Origin: an uncultured bacterium | GTDB lineage: Bacteria > Krumholzibacteriota > Krumholzibacteriia > JACNKJ01 | Reading direction: 5' to 3' | Assembly (NCBI GenBank): GCA_963695095.1 | Contig: CAVOFT010000001.1 | Coordinates: 1-64,000 of the forward strand | Length of the DNA: 64,000 bases | Shown here: positions 29,697 to 41,410 of the stretch, piece after piece | Position numbering within the stretch: the stretch's first letter is position 1 | Layout: each line of letters opens with the position of its first letter | Program-made: the position numbers and the translations under genes | Notes under the pieces: model-generated | Databases searched by the model: none | Told to the model about the DNA's origin: nothing | What the model saw: only the letters and a program-made list of their open reading frames with translations

Positions 29697-32145
29697 ATGC
29701 TGACTCCGCGGATCGCGCGCAGGCTCTGCGTTCTCATGCTTGCCCTGGCTTTCTCGATCCCGGGCCGGGCGGCGGCCGCCCTCGAGGTCTGGGCGACGGG
29801 TGACTCGGAGAAGCTCTTCCAGGACGCCGCCTACGAGGCGAGCAACTTCTTCTGGGAGGGCAGCTCGCAGACGGTTCAGCTCCACGCGGCCCGCAACGAG
29901 GTCGTCGCCTTCCAGATCGCCCTGCGCTCGAGCGAAGCGCTCGCCGCCGTCGACCTGGCGCTCACGGGCGACTTCACGGGCGCCGGCGGCAGCATCCCGG
30001 CCGCGAATCTGGACTTCTACCTGGAGTACTACGCCGACATCGAGATCGCGGGGAACGACTACCCCGGCGACTACGGCTTCGACGAGATCTGGCCCGACGC
30101 CCTGATCCCCTTCCGCGATCCCTACGAGAGCAACGCGGGCGACCTGGCCGCTCCCTTCGCGATCGAGGCGGGAATCACGGAAGTCGTCTGGGTCGACTGC
30201 TTCGTGCCCCCGGGCACCCTGGCGGGCGAGTATGCGGCCACCCTCCGGGTCAGCGTGGGCGGCAGCGTCGTCGAGTCGATCGCGCTCCAGCTCAAGGTCT
30301 GGGACTTCGCGCTGCCGGCGCAGAACCACCTGTGGCACTACGGCCTGCTCACCTCGCGCTGGGGCGACGGCGAGGGCGTGGCCCTGCGCGATCTGCCCGA
30401 TAGCTGGCCCATCCTCAAGAACTACCTCATCGACGGTCGCAAGCACCGCCTCTGCTGGGACGACACCTACTGGCCCTGCCCCAGCTTCGACGCGCAAGGG
30501 CCACCTGACGGCGATGGACTGGACGGAGTTCGACCTCTACGAGGGCCAGCGCCTCAGCGCCAGCCTCTTCACCGAGGGCCCCATGGCCGGCGCTCCCTAC
30601 GAGGTGGCGCGGATGACCTGGCCGGCAGGCGGCAGCTATCCGCCGGGCTGCCCGAACATCTTCTTCCCGCCGGACCCGGACCCGGTGGGCAATCCGGTCT
30701 ACGAGAACACGATTCGCGAGTACATCGAGGAGTACGTGCGGCACTTCGCCGGCAAGGGCTGGCAGATGCCGCTCTTGCTCTACGGCTACGACGAGGTCGG
30801 CAGCGCCGAGTACCACCAGTGGTGGGCGACGCTCGTGGAGCAGGCGAACCAGAACCTCATCGACGAGGGTGTCATCGCGGAGCCGCGCGTGCTGTACATG
30901 TACGTGCGCGCCTCGACCCAGTCGGCCATGATCGGCTATGCGGACCTGTGGGCCGTGCGCGCCAGCGGCTACAACGTGGAGTTCGGCCGGGCCCGGCAGG
31001 CCGAGGGCAACAAGATGATCTTCTACCACTGGTCCGAGCCGCGCGTGGGCCACCACACGATCAACACCTACGGCTTCTCGATGCGCACGAAGCCGCTGAT
31101 CGCCTGGAAGTACCGCATCGACGGCATCTACGCCGAGTGGTCCGCCACGAACTGGCAGTACGTGAGCCAGGTCTACAACGGCAGGGCCAGCGACTACTAC
31201 GACACGCGCTGGGGCAACGGCGTGCTTTACTACCCCGGCCATCGGATTTCCCAGGCCGGCTATCCCGTGGAGATCAGCGGCCCGGTGCCCTCTATCCGGC
31301 TCAAGGCCCTGCGCCGGGGCATGCAGGACTACGAGTACGCCTGGCTGCTGGACAGCCTGGGCGGTGATCCCGATGCGCTGATCGACGCGGTGATCGTGAA
31401 TGCGCTCAATCACGCGCCCTGCAGCGACTGCCTGGGCGACTGGAGCCATGAGCCCAACGACTGGTACCAGCTGCGCTGGGACCTGGCGGCGGCCATCGAT
31501 TCCACCTCGCCCGTGCAGCTGCCGCGCATCACCGTGTCCCCCGAATCCCTGGCCTACAGCCTGCCCCAGAACGAGACGCGGCTGGATTCCCTGCGCATCC
31601 GGAACACGGGCGGTGCCAACCTGTCCTGGTCGGCCTCGGCGGCGCTGAATGGCGGCGGGCCACTGCCCTGGCTGCGCTTCCGCGATCCCGCGCTCGGCTT
31701 GCTCGCTCCCGGCGAGTGGAGCTATCTCGTCTTCACCGTGGATCCGCAGGGCCTGCCGCTGGGCGCACAACAGGCGCGGATCGCCGTCGACAGCAACGAC
31801 CCCATCGAACCGCGCGTGGAGATTCCCCTCAGCTTGAGCGTGATCGATCCCGCGGAGGGTGGCGGGGCGCCGGCGCTGGGGCAGAACCACCCGAACCCCT
31901 TCTCGCCGGGCACCACCATCAACTTCAGCCTGAAGCGGGCCGAGCGGATCGAGCTGGAGATCTTCGACGGCCAGGGTCGCCTGGTGCGCCGCCTGCTGGC
32001 CGGCGAATCCATGCTCGCCGGCCCGCACGAGATCGCCTGGGACGGGCGGGACTCGACCGGAACGGCGCTGGCCAGCGGCATCTACCTCTGCACGCTGCGC
32101 ACGGCCGAGGAGACCCTCACCCGCAAGATGCTGATGCTCCGCTGA
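29697..32145 (+). CDS. Secreted DUF4091/GH123-like glycoside hydrolase domain protein with FlgD-type C-terminal domain (frameshift near 30495)
   Basis: [63 protein letters not shown]...RKMLMLR. Confidence 0.8.
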
Positions 32146-32163
32146 GCCGCCGCGCGCGGCGCC

Positions 32164-32942
32164 CTAGGACCGGTCGCCGCTGATCAGGCCCTTGAGCAGG
32201 TTGCCGCCGAGACCCGCTACGCCTCGCGACTCGCCGCGGCCGCCGCCGGGCGCCAGGCTGCTGGCCTTGATGATGCGGTCGGCCAGGCGGCTGAAGGGCA
32301 GGGTCTGCAGGTAGACCTTGCCCGGGCCCTTGAGCAGGGCGAAGAAGAGGCCCTCGCCGCCGAAGAGCACGTTCTTGAAGCCCCCGATGAACTGGATGTC
32401 GTAGTCCACGCTCTCCTGGAAGGCGACCAGGCAGCCCGTGTCCACGCGCAGGGTCTCGCCCACGCTGAGCTGGCGCTCGAGCACGGTGCCCCCCGCGTGC
32501 ACGAAGGCGAGGCCGTCGCCCTGCAAGTCGCTGCAGGATGAAGCCCTCGCCGCCGAAGAGCCCCGCGCCCAGGCGCTTGCTGAAGGCGATGGAGATGTCG
32601 ATGCCGTAGGCGCTGCACAGGTAGCCGTCGCGCTGGCAGAGCCAGGTGCCGGTCTGGCCCAGGTCGAGGGCGATGATCTTGCCCGGGATAGGGCGCCGCA
32701 AAGGCGGCGTCGCGCCGCTGGCGACCCTTGTTCTCGAAGGTGGTGATGAAGAAGCTCTCGCCCACGATGGCGCGCTTGAGGCCCTTGAGCATGCCGCCCT
32801 CGGTGGAGGTGTCCATGCTGAGGTCGTCTTCGAGGTAGAGCATCGCCCCCGCCTCGGCATGCACGGCCTCGCCGGGGTCGAGGGTCACGATGAGGGCCTG
32901 CATGTCGTCGCCCTTGATGGTGTAGTCGATGACGTGAGCCAT
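32164..32942 (-). CDS. TIGR00266/AIM24 family protein (frameshifts near 32690 and 32530)
   Basis: [63 protein letters not shown]. Confidence 0.92.
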
Positions 32943-32968
32943 GGTCTCTCCTTGATGCGGCGCGCGGA

Positions 32969-34138
32969 CTAGCGGAAGGCCTGCTCGCCGGTGATGGTCT
33001 GGCCGAGGATGAGGGTGTGCACTTCGTGGGTGCCCTCGTAGGTGATCACGCTCTCCAGGTTGCACAGGTGCCGGCCCGCCTGGTATTCGAGGCTGATGCC
33101 GCTGGCGCCCAGGATCTGCCGGCACTGGCGGGCCACGGCCAGGGCCAGCGCGCAGTTGTCGCGCTTGGCAAGACTGATCATGGCCGGCGAGATCTGGCCC
33201 GCGTCCTTGAGCTGGGCCAGGCGCTCCACGAGCAGGCGGCCCTTGATGACGCCGGCCAGCATGTCGGCGAGCTGGGCCTGGATGAGCTGCCGCGTCGCGA
33301 TCGGCCGGCCGAAGGTGACGCGCGCCGCCGCGAAGGCGGCGGCCTCCTCGAGGCAGGCCATCGCCGCCCCCAGCGTGCCCCAGGCGATGCCGTAGCGCGC
33401 CTGGTTGAGGCAGGAGAGCGGCGCGCCCAGGCCCTCGGCATCCGGCAGGCGCGCGCTGTCCGGCACGCGCACCTCGTCCAGGTTCAGCTCCGAGGTGTCA
33501 CTGGCGCGCAGGCTCATCTTGCCGCGCATCTGGGATGCCGAGAAGCCGGGCGTCCCCTTCTCCACCAGAAAGCCGCGCACGCCATCCTCGGCCTGCGCCC
33601 AGACCACGGCCACATCGGCCAGGCTGCCGTTGGTGATCCACATCTTGTTGCCATGCAGCACCCAGCCGTCACCCTCGCGGCGAGCACGCGTGCGCATGGC
33701 GCCGGGATCCGAGCCGCCGTCGGGCTCGGTGAGGCCGAAGCAGCCGATGGCGCTGCCCGCGGCCAGCGCGGGCAGCCAGCGCGCCTTCTGCGCCTCGGAG
33801 CCATAGCGGTGGATGGGGTACATCACCAGGCCGCTCTGCACGGAGGCGAAGCTGCGCAGGCCGCTGTCGCCGGCCTCGAGCTCGAGCATCATCAGGCCGT
33901 AGGCGCGGTTGCCCAGGCCAGGCAGCCCGAAGCCCGTGAGCGTGGCGCCGAAGAGGCCCAGCGCGCCCATGGCGGGAATGAGATCGCGCGGGAACTCGCC
34001 CTTCTCCCAGAGCTCGGCCAGGCGCGGCCGCGCTTCCTTCTGCACGAAGCTGCGTACGGTCTGGCGGATGAGGCGCTCCTCGTCGCTGAGCGTCGCATCG
34101 AGCTGGTAGAGATCGAGCCAGGCGCTGTCGGCGGACAT
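32969..34138 (-). CDS. gcdH: Acyl-CoA dehydrogenase, glutaryl-CoA dehydrogenase-like
   Basis: [54 protein letters not shown]. Confidence 0.85.
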   Translation of the reverse strand: MSADSAWLDLYQLDATLSDEERLIRQTVRSFVQKEARPRLAELWEKGEFPRDLIPAMGALGLFGATLTGFGLPGLGNRAYGLMMLELEAGDSGLRSFASVQSGLVMYPIHRYGSEAQKARWLPALAAGSAIGCFGLTEPDGGSDPGAMRTRARREGDGWVLHGNKMWITNGSLADVAVVWAQAEDGVRGFLVEKGTPGFSASQMRGKMSLRASDTSELNLDEVRVPDSARLPDAEGLGAPLSCLNQARYGIAWGTLGAAMACLEEAAAFAAARVTFGRPIATRQLIQAQLADMLAGVIKGRLLVERLAQLKDAGQISPAMISLAKRDNCALALAVARQCRQILGASGISLEYQAGRHLCNLESVITYEGTHEVHTLILGQTITGEQAFR

Positions 34139-34233
34139 GGGGCCTCCCGGGTGGCGGATCGCTCCATATTAAGCAGACGGCGGGGGCCACCGCCAGGGGC
34201 CCGCGGCTGTAGGCGCTCGCCGGCGCGCTGCCG

Positions 34234-35130
34234 TCAGGCGAACAGCTCGCCCTGGTCGCGCGGGGTCCTGGGTGGGGATGCCGGCGGCAGCGGCGGCGGG
34301 GCCGGCTCGCCGAGGGCGGCGAGCAGCTCGCGGGCGGAAGCGGGCCCGTGACCCGCATAGTGGTTGTTGAAGTAGCCGTAGATCTCCTGCAGGCGCCCGC
34401 GCAGCGTCTCGATCCACTCCGCCCAGCGGCGGATCTCCTCGCCGCGCTCCACGCGCACGCGGTCGAAGACGTTCAGGCTGCGATCGCCGATCCAGCGCAG
34501 GTAGGCGAAGTCCGTCGTGATCGGCCGCTCGGGCGGGTTCAAGGGGCCCACGCCCGCTGCCCAGGCCACGCCCCGCTCGGCCAGCAGCGCCAGGGTCTCC
34601 TCGCCGTACCAGCCGGGGTGCCGGAACTCAACGGCATAGCGGGCGCTCTCCGGCAGGGCCTCCAGGAAGCGCGCCAGGACCGGCAGGCGCTCGGGTTCGA
34701 AGCGGGGCGGAAATTGCAGGAGCAGGGGACCGCGCTTGTCGCCCAGCAGGCCCATGCGCTCGATGAAGGCCTGGGCCAGCTCATCGCGCTCCAGGCCGCC
34801 GGCCTGGTGGGTGATCTCGCGCGGGAACTTCGCGCTGAAGACGAAGCCGGGCGGGCTGCGCAGGGCCCAGTTCTCGACGACCCTGGCCCGGGGCAGGGCG
34901 TAGAAGGTGGCGTCGATCTCCACGGTGCGGAAGACGCGGCCATAGTGGGCGAGGTAGTCGGCGGCCGGCGTGCCGGGCGGGTAGAAGACCCCCTGCCAGT
35001 CCTTGTAGCTCCAGCCGCTGGTGCCCACGAAGAGCCGGGCGGCGGGGGCAGCCGGCGGCCGCAGCGCGCGCAGGGCCTCCTCTTCGTCCTGGAAGGGCTC
35101 GTCTCGCCAATCGCCGCGCTCACTGGACAT
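34234..35130 (-). CDS. DUF72 domain protein
   Basis: VGTSGWSYKDW.G.FYP, VEIDATFY, KFPREITH, LLQFPP, VEFRH, YFNNHYAGH. Confidence 0.93.
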   Translation of the reverse strand: MSSERGDWRDEPFQDEEEALRALRPPAAPAARLFVGTSGWSYKDWQGVFYPPGTPAADYLAHYGRVFRTVEIDATFYALPRARVVENWALRSPPGFVFSAKFPREITHQAGGLERDELAQAFIERMGLLGDKRGPLLLQFPPRFEPERLPVLARFLEALPESARYAVEFRHPGWYGEETLALLAERGVAWAAGVGPLNPPERPITTDFAYLRWIGDRSLNVFDRVRVERGEEIRRWAEWIETLRGRLQEIYGYFNNHYAGHGPASARELLAALGEPAPPPLPPASPPRTPRDQGELFA

Positions 35131-35239
35131 GGGAGGAGCATAGCGGGCGGCCGCGCCGCGGGACAAGGGCTCCCCTTTGCCTTGCGCCAGGGGGCCCCCA
35201 CCTCTAAGATCTGCGAATCGCCCGAGCCGGAGGTCCTCC

Positions 35240-35827
35240 ATGCGGCTGCCCGCCATCGCAGCCCTGCTTGTCCTGTGCGCCGGCGCAGCCAGGGCAGATG
35301 TCATCGTGGAGACCGGCAGCGGCCAGGAATTCCGCACACGGATCACGCAGCGCGGCCCGGGCGGCGGCCAGACGGTGGAACTGCGCGCGACGGGCACGGC
35401 CCTGCACAAGAAACGCTGGCGCAAGCTCTACGCCGCCTGCTTCTACATCCGAGCGGATGTCCGGCCGGGCGAGGACCCCTTCGCCAGCTTCATCAGCGGC
35501 GATTACGACAAGCTGCTCGTCCTGCGCATCCTGCGCGCCATGGAGGCGGAGCGCCTGGCCCGTGCTTGCGGCGATCGCATGCGCGAGCTCCTGCCGAAAG
35601 CGCAGGAGCCGGCCTTGGCCGCCTTCTTGGCTCTCTTCGCGGGCTCCCTGGTCGCCGGCCAGGAACTGAGCTTCAGCGCGGCCCCGGCGCAGGGGCTCGA
35701 GGTCTATCGCGATGGCCGCCTCCTGGGCGGCGTGGCGGAAGAGACACTGATTGCGGCTTTCTGGGCCGCATGGTTCGGCGAGCATCCCATCGACGAGGAT
35801 CTGAAGCAGGGGCTCGCCGGCTTCTAG
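35240..35827 (+). CDS. Secreted chalcone-isomerase-like protein
   Basis: Signal peptide; L..TG...K...KLYAACFY; AFWAAWFGEHPIDEDLKQGL. Confidence 0.7.
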   Translation: MRLPAIAALLVLCAGAARADVIVETGSGQEFRTRITQRGPGGGQTVELRATGTALHKKRWRKLYAACFYIRADVRPGEDPFASFISGDYDKLLVLRILRAMEAERLARACGDRMRELLPKAQEPALAAFLALFAGSLVAGQELSFSAAPAQGLEVYRDGRLLGGVAEETLIAAFWAAWFGEHPIDEDLKQGLAGF

Positions 35828-35883
35828 GCGGCGGCCGGTCGCGGCGGGCCCCGGTCGCGCCGGGGTCGAACAACGGACACAGG

Positions 35884-37317
35884 ATGTCGAACGCGCAGCG
35901 GGTCACCCGGAACATTCTCGCCGTGCTCGGCAGCGAGCTGCTGGCGCGCCTCGTCGGCCTGGTGCTCACCCTCTACGTGGCCCGCGGCCTGGGCGTGGAT
36001 CGCCTGGGCCAGCTCGCCTTCCTGATCAGCTTCATGACCCTGGCCTCGGTGCTCGCCGACCTCGGCATCAGCCGCATGGTGACGCGCAACCTGGCCCGGG
36101 ATCGCCAAGCCGCCGCCCTCCTCGCGCCGGCGGCCTTCCGCGCCAAGCTGGTTCTGGTCCTGGTCATGGCGACGATCCTGGCCCTGGCCTCGCCCTTCCT
36201 GGGCAAGGGCCCCGAACTGGCGCGCTTCTTCCTGGTCTTCCTGGGCTGGCTGGTCCTGGACGGCCTCAATGCCACCCTGCGCGCGCTCTTCGCCGCCCGC
36301 GAGGAACTGGCCACGGTGGCCCTGCTGCGCGCCGTCGAAAAGTTGCTCCTCATCGCCCTCTTCGGGCTGCTCTTCGCCTTCCCCCTGGGCGAGCGGCGCT
36401 TCCTCGGCCTCTTGATCCTCTTTCCCGCCGCCTCCGGAGGGTCCCTCTTGCTGGCGCTCGCCCTCATCCGTCGGCGCGGCATTCGCCTATTCGCCGGCGG
36501 CGGTCCGGGCTGGCGCCGCATCCTCGCCCTGAGCTGGCCCTTCGCCGGCAGCGTGATCATGGCCAACATCACCCTGCACTCGGACCGCGTGCTGCTCAGC
36601 TACATCAAGGACGACACGGCCACCGGCCTCTACGATGCCGCCAACCGCATCTTCTTCACCCTCTTCGCCCTGCAGGCCATGATGGCCGACGTCTTCTTCC
36701 CCACGCTGACGCGCCTCTTCACGGAGGACCGCGCCCGCTATGCGCGCTTCGCCGAGCGCGCAGCGCGCCTGCTCTTCGGCCTCGCCCTGCCCCTGGCCGC
36801 GGGCACCTTGCTGCTGGCCGGACCTGGCCTGCGCCTGGTCTTCGGCGAGGACTTCGCCGGCGCGACCACGAGCCTGCAGTTGCTGGCGCCCGCCCTCGTT
36901 CTGCGCGCCGGGCACGCGCTCTGGGGCAGCCTCCTCCTTGCGGGGGACCGCGAGCGGCACTTCCTTGCCGCCCTGGGGGCCGGGGCCGGCCTCAACGTGC
37001 TGCTCAACCTGACCCTGATTCCGCGCTGGAGCCTGGACGGAGCCGCCCTCGCCACCTTGCTCAGCGAGGTCCTCGTGCTGGCCCTGATGGCCCACTGGGC
37101 GCGGCCGCTGGCGCGCTTGCCCTGGCGCCTGCCCTTCCTCCGCGCGCTGGGCGCCGCCGCGGGCATGGCCCTCCTGCTCGCGCTGCTGCCCGTGCGCAAC
37201 CTGGCCCTGGGGCTGCCCCTCGGTCTGGCCGCCTACGGCCTGTTCTTCACCCTGCTGCGCGGCTGGCGCCGCGAGGATCTCGAGCTACTGAGGCGGACGG
37301 AAGCGAGGGCGAGCTGA
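35884..37317 (+). CDS. Polysaccharide flippase (Wzx/RfbX family)
   Basis: Many TM helices; ARGLG...G, DLGIS, DRVLL, GLYDAANR, NL.LIPRWSLDGAALAT. Confidence 0.88.
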   Translation: MSNAQRVTRNILAVLGSELLARLVGLVLTLYVARGLGVDRLGQLAFLISFMTLASVLADLGISRMVTRNLARDRQAAALLAPAAFRAKLVLVLVMATILALASPFLGKGPELARFFLVFLGWLVLDGLNATLRALFAAREELATVALLRAVEKLLLIALFGLLFAFPLGERRFLGLLILFPAASGGSLLLALALIRRRGIRLFAGGGPGWRRILALSWPFAGSVIMANITLHSDRVLLSYIKDDTATGLYDAANRIFFTLFALQAMMADVFFPTLTRLFTEDRARYARFAERAARLLFGLALPLAAGTLLLAGPGLRLVFGEDFAGATTSLQLLAPALVLRAGHALWGSLLLAGDRERHFLAALGAGAGLNVLLNLTLIPRWSLDGAALATLLSEVLVLALMAHWARPLARLPWRLPFLRALGAAAGMALLLALLPVRNLALGLPLGLAAYGLFFTLLRGWRREDLELLRRTEARAS

Positions 37318-38537
37318 TGCGCATCTGCATCCACGGGTCTTACGGAACGGGCAACCGGGGGGACAGTGTCATTCTCTCCCAGCTCCTGCTGCTCCTGGCC
37401 GAGGAGCTGCCGGGCGCCGAGGTCACCCTGCTCTGCCGGGACGAGCAGCGCGTCGCGCTCTATCTCCAGAGCGCGCATCCGCAGCTCGACCTGCGCGTGA
37501 CACCCCTGCATGCCTCCTTTCGCCGCCGCCCCCTGGGCGTGCTGAAGGCCTGCCTGCGCTGCGATCTCTTCATCCTGGGCGGCGGCGGCCTGCTGTGGGG
37601 CGGCGCGCCCGGTAACCTCGCCTACTGGCTGACGCGCGCGCGGCTCGCCCGCCTGGCCGGCGCCCGGCTGGTCTTCTACCTGCCGGGCATCTACGCCGTC
37701 CGCGGCCGGGCGGCTCATCGCTTGCTGGGCCGCATGGCCCGCGCCGCCGATTTTCTCTCCGCCCGCGATCTGGAAGGCGTCGAGCAACTGTGCAGCTGTG
37801 GCGTGCCGAGCGCGCAGATCCACCTGGGCGCCGATCCGGCCTTCCTCCTGCCGCCGCCGGCCCCGGCGGCGATCGCCGATTTGCTGGACGCCTTGGAGCT
37901 GCGCGGGCGGCGCCTGGTCGGTCTCTCGGCACGGGACTGGCGGCAGCGTCTCTCGGCGGGGATCTTCGCCAACTTCGTACGCAGCCTGCTGGAAGATGAG
38001 AGCATCACCCTGCTCTTCTTCGTGATGAAGACCGGCGGCCGCCTGGGTGAGACCGACACCGATGACATCACCGTGGTTCGCCGCCTGCTCGGCACCCTGC
38101 CCGCGGCCATGCAGCAGCGCGTCGTCATCGTGGACGACCGCTACGACAACGACGAGATGATCGCCCTCATGGCCGCCTGCCACTATCTCGTGGCGATGCG
38201 CCTGCACGCGCTCATCTTCGCGAGCATCGCCGGCACGCCTTTCGGCGCCCTCGCCTACGACGACAAGATCCGCGCCTACATGGCCATGCTGGGCCGCCAG
38301 GAACTGCTCCTGGGCATGGACGAAGTGGCGGATCCCGAACGCCTGCAGACCATCACGACCCTGCTGTCCGCCGAGCGGGACCGCTGGCCCGCGGGTCCGG
38401 TGCCGGAGATCAGCCTCGCCGCCGCCAGCCTCGCCGCCCGGGCCGACACCGTGCATCGGGCCTTCGCCGAGGCCCTGCGCGCCTGGTACCCCGAGGCCGC
38501 CGCGGCGGGCCGAGCCGGAGGTCGCCGCCAGCCGTGA
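37317..38537 (+). CDS. Polysaccharide pyruvyl transferase family protein (CsaB/WcaK-like)
   Basis: GSYGTGNRGD, ILGGGGLL, SARD, ADPAF, AMRLHALIFA. Confidence 0.9.
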   Translation: MRICIHGSYGTGNRGDSVILSQLLLLLAEELPGAEVTLLCRDEQRVALYLQSAHPQLDLRVTPLHASFRRRPLGVLKACLRCDLFILGGGGLLWGGAPGNLAYWLTRARLARLAGARLVFYLPGIYAVRGRAAHRLLGRMARAADFLSARDLEGVEQLCSCGVPSAQIHLGADPAFLLPPPAPAAIADLLDALELRGRRLVGLSARDWRQRLSAGIFANFVRSLLEDESITLLFFVMKTGGRLGETDTDDITVVRRLLGTLPAAMQQRVVIVDDRYDNDEMIALMAACHYLVAMRLHALIFASIAGTPFGALAYDDKIRAYMAMLGRQELLLGMDEVADPERLQTITTLLSAERDRWPAGPVPEISLAAASLAARADTVHRAFAEALRAWYPEAAAAGRAGGRRQP

Positions 38538-39676
38538 GCCGGGACCTCGTCTACTTCTCCCCCATTCCCTGGCATGGGCTCTACCAGCGCCCCCAGCACA
38601 TGGCGCGGGCGTTGGCGGCGGGGCGCCGCGTGCTCTTCGTCGAGCCGCGCACCCTGCATGCACCGCCCCCGCCGGCCGATGGCCTCGGCGGCGACGCACC
38701 GCAACTCGCCTTCCTCGCGCTCCCGGTCTTGCCCATCAACGCGCGGCAGCCGCTGCTGCGCGCCGCGGCGCGAGCGGGCGCGCAGTTCGCCCTCCTGCGC
38801 GACGGCCTCGCGCGCCGCCAGGGCCTGCTGCTGCGCGGCAAGCTCGCGTCCCTGGGTTTCGCCTCGCCCACCCTGCTCTTCGGCCACCCCGAGTTCGCCG
38901 CCCTGCGCGAGATCCTGCCCGGCGCGCCGCTGGCCTACGATCACATGGACGATGTGCTCGCCTTCGGCCGACCCAGCGCGGCGCGGCGGCGGGAGTTCGG
39001 CGCCCTCGTCCGGGAGGCCACGCTGCTCAGCGCCACGGCCCAGCGCCTGGCCGAGCAGCTGCGCGCACTGGGCGGGCGGGAACCGCTGCTCGTGGGCAAC
39101 GGCGTCGAGTTCGCGCGCTTCGCCCTGCCGGCGCCGCCGCCCGCGCCCCCGGCGCTGGCCGCCCTGCCGCATCCGCGCTGCCTCTACGTGGGCAGCGTGG
39201 CCGAGTGGTTCGACTTCGATCTCCTGCATGCGGTGGCCCGCGCCCTGCCGGCGGCGAGCTTTCCCGTGATCGGCCCGCTGCGACCCGCCCTCGCGGCGCG
39301 CCTGCGCGAGGCGCCGCCCAACTGCGTCTACCTGGGCGCGCGGCCCTATGCCGAGCTGCCCGCCTGGCTCCTCAACGCCGATGTGGGCCTGATCCCCTTC
39401 CAGCGCACGCAGCTCACGGCCGGTGTCGATCCCGTGAAGCTCTACGAGTACCTGGCGGCCGGCCTGCCCGTGGTCGCCACGCCCTTCTCCGCCGAGCTGG
39501 CGGCAGCGGCGGCGGCCGGGGGCGTCAGCTTGGCCGCGGACCCGGGGGCCTTTGCCGCCGCCCTCAGCGCCCAGCTTGCCGATCCGCCGGCTGCGGAGCG
39601 CCTGCGTGCCCTCGCCGAACCCCGGCGCTGGGAGCGGGCGCTGGCGCCCCTGGTCAACGCGCTGGAGGCAATCTAG
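38534..39676 (+). CDS. Glycosyltransferase (GT4-like)
   Basis: YQRPQHMA, YDHMDD, VGNGV, YVGSVAEWFD, DPVKLYEYLAAGLPVV. Confidence 0.9.
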   Translation: MSRDLVYFSPIPWHGLYQRPQHMARALAAGRRVLFVEPRTLHAPPPPADGLGGDAPQLAFLALPVLPINARQPLLRAAARAGAQFALLRDGLARRQGLLLRGKLASLGFASPTLLFGHPEFAALREILPGAPLAYDHMDDVLAFGRPSAARRREFGALVREATLLSATAQRLAEQLRALGGREPLLVGNGVEFARFALPAPPPAPPALAALPHPRCLYVGSVAEWFDFDLLHAVARALPAASFPVIGPLRPALAARLREAPPNCVYLGARPYAELPAWLLNADVGLIPFQRTQLTAGVDPVKLYEYLAAGLPVVATPFSAELAAAAAAGGVSLAADPGAFAAALSAQLADPPAAERLRALAEPRRWERALAPLVNALEAI

Positions 39677-39749
39677 CCCGGACTGCCGCGAAATCGCCTC
39701 CCCCCGTGTCGGAGCCCGACAGCCGGACCACGACGAGGGTGGAGGACCC

Positions 39750-40358
39750 ATGAAGGCCATCGCAATGGACAAACTGGACTGGCAGCGGCTCGGCGAAAGC
39801 CCCGCGGGGGTGGATGCGCTCCGGCAGCGCTTCCCCGGCCTGATGCGCGAGACCCGGGACTCCCTCTACGCTACCCTCCACCGCATCGTCAGGAACGACG
39901 AGGACGCCGAGGATCTCCTGCAGGACACCTACCTGCGGGCCCTCTCCCGCCTGGACAGCTATCGCGGCGAGGGCTGCCCCGAGGCCTGGCTGCGCCGCAT
40001 CGCGGTGCGCCTGGCCCTGAACCACCTGCGGGGGCGCAAGCTGCGGCGCATGCTGCCCTGGCCCCTGCCGCGCGCCGATGGCGGCGCGCCGGTGGAGACC
40101 GCCGCCGGGGCCGAACGGCGGCCGGGCCCCGACGCCCAGGCACGCGACAGTCAGCGCCGCCGGCGCCTGGAGGGCCTGCTGGCCCAGCACCCGGCCAAGG
40201 CGCAGGCGGCCTTCGCGCTGCGCCACCTGGAAGACAGACCCTACACGGAGATCGCCGCGCTGATCGGGGCCAGTGAAGCCACGGCGCGCAGCCTGGTCTC
40301 CCGCACCGTCTCCCGCCTCGAGCGGGAGATTCGCGAGCGAGGTTGGAGCGATGACTGA
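39750..40358 (+). CDS. ECF RNA polymerase sigma factor
   Basis: DAEDLLQDTYLRA, WLRRIAVRLALNHLR, YTEIAALIG; RBS GGAGG. Confidence 0.9.
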   Translation: MKAIAMDKLDWQRLGESPAGVDALRQRFPGLMRETRDSLYATLHRIVRNDEDAEDLLQDTYLRALSRLDSYRGEGCPEAWLRRIAVRLALNHLRGRKLRRMLPWPLPRADGGAPVETAAGAERRPGPDAQARDSQRRRRLEGLLAQHPAKAQAAFALRHLEDRPYTEIAALIGASEATARSLVSRTVSRLEREIRERGWSDD

Positions 40359-40782
40359 ACACGATCGACTGCGCAAACTGCTGGAGCCGGAGGCGCCGCG
40401 CCTGAGCAGCGCCGCGGCCTTCCGCCTCGAATCCCGTGTGGAGTCGGCCCTGGCCGGCGCCGCGCCGCGGCGGGCGCCCCGCTGGTCCTTTGTGGCCGTG
40501 CCCGCTCTTCTGGCCCTGCTCGCCCTCGTCTGGCTGCGGCCCTGGCAGGGTGAAGCCCCTGCCCCCACGGCAGGAGGATATGTCCTCCTGAGCGAGGAGG
40601 AGTACTTGAGCGCGCTCGCCGAGTACGAGGCGAGCGGCGGGAATCTGGACTCGGTTCTCACGACCGCGGACAGCACTGACGACGCCGTCACGTTCGACCA
40701 TAGCAACTGGAGCGATGAGGACTGGAGGCTCTTCCAGAGCGAACTGGAGAACTTTCAACTGACTGACATTGGAGGCATGTGA
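40351..40782 (+). CDS. Putative single-TM anti-sigma factor
   Basis: Overlaps the sigma stop; TM WSFVAVPALLALLALVW; acidic external domain. Confidence 0.65.
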   Translation: MTEHDRLRKLLEPEAPRLSSAAAFRLESRVESALAGAAPRRAPRWSFVAVPALLALLALVWLRPWQGEAPAPTAGGYVLLSEEEYLSALAEYEASGGNLDSVLTTADSTDDAVTFDHSNWSDEDWRLFQSELENFQLTDIGGM

Positions 40783-41384
40783 TGAAACGAAGCACTCTCA
40801 GCCTGACCCTGGCTGCACTCCTGCTGGCCGTGGCGGCCACGGCCATGGCGCAACCGGCTCCCTGCCGCGCCGACGAGCGCCCCTGGCGCGGCAAGCAGAA
40901 CCCCCGCGAGATGACAGAGGCCTTCCGCCTCTACAAGATGACCGAGTACCTCGAGCTCTCCGAAGAGCAGACGGCCAAGCTCTTCCCGCGCATGGCGGCC
41001 GTCCGCAAGGCGCAGCAGGAGGGCATGGACAAGGTGCGCGAGAAGATGAAGGAGCTGCGCCAGCTCGTGAAGAAGGAGGACTGGGCCAAGGGCGCCAAGC
41101 TGGCGGAGGAAATCCATGCGATGCGCGGCGAGCAGATGCGCAAGCACCACGAGGCGATGGGCGATCTCATGAAGCTGCTCACCGTCGAGCAGCGCGCCAA
41201 GTTCGCTCTCTTCGACCAGCGCTTCCAGGGCCACTTGCAGCGCGTGGGCGAGCGAATGCACGCCCGGCACCCGGGGGCCAGGGACATGCGCGGCATGCGC
41301 GACGGCATGGGCCCGCACGGCCGCACTTCCCTCGGCGATGACATGGACGACGATGGGGACGACGGCCCCGATGACGACGACTAG
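40779..41384 (+). CDS. Periplasmic Spy/CpxP-like helical protein
   Basis: Signal peptide; LELSEEQ and LLTVEQRAK (LTxxQ-type) motifs; Met-rich with acidic tail. Confidence 0.7.
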   Translation: MMKRSTLSLTLAALLLAVAATAMAQPAPCRADERPWRGKQNPREMTEAFRLYKMTEYLELSEEQTAKLFPRMAAVRKAQQEGMDKVREKMKELRQLVKKEDWAKGAKLAEEIHAMRGEQMRKHHEAMGDLMKLLTVEQRAKFALFDQRFQGHLQRVGERMHARHPGARDMRGMRDGMGPHGRTSLGDDMDDDGDDGPDDDD

Positions 41385-41410
41385 ATGCTCTTTCCGGCTG
41401 ATTTCCCCCG

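Noticed and set aside
34348..35883. N-terminal extension of the flippase (989-aa ORF)
   Set aside because: Overlaps the DUF72 and chalcone-isomerase-like genes; the real start is ATG 35884.
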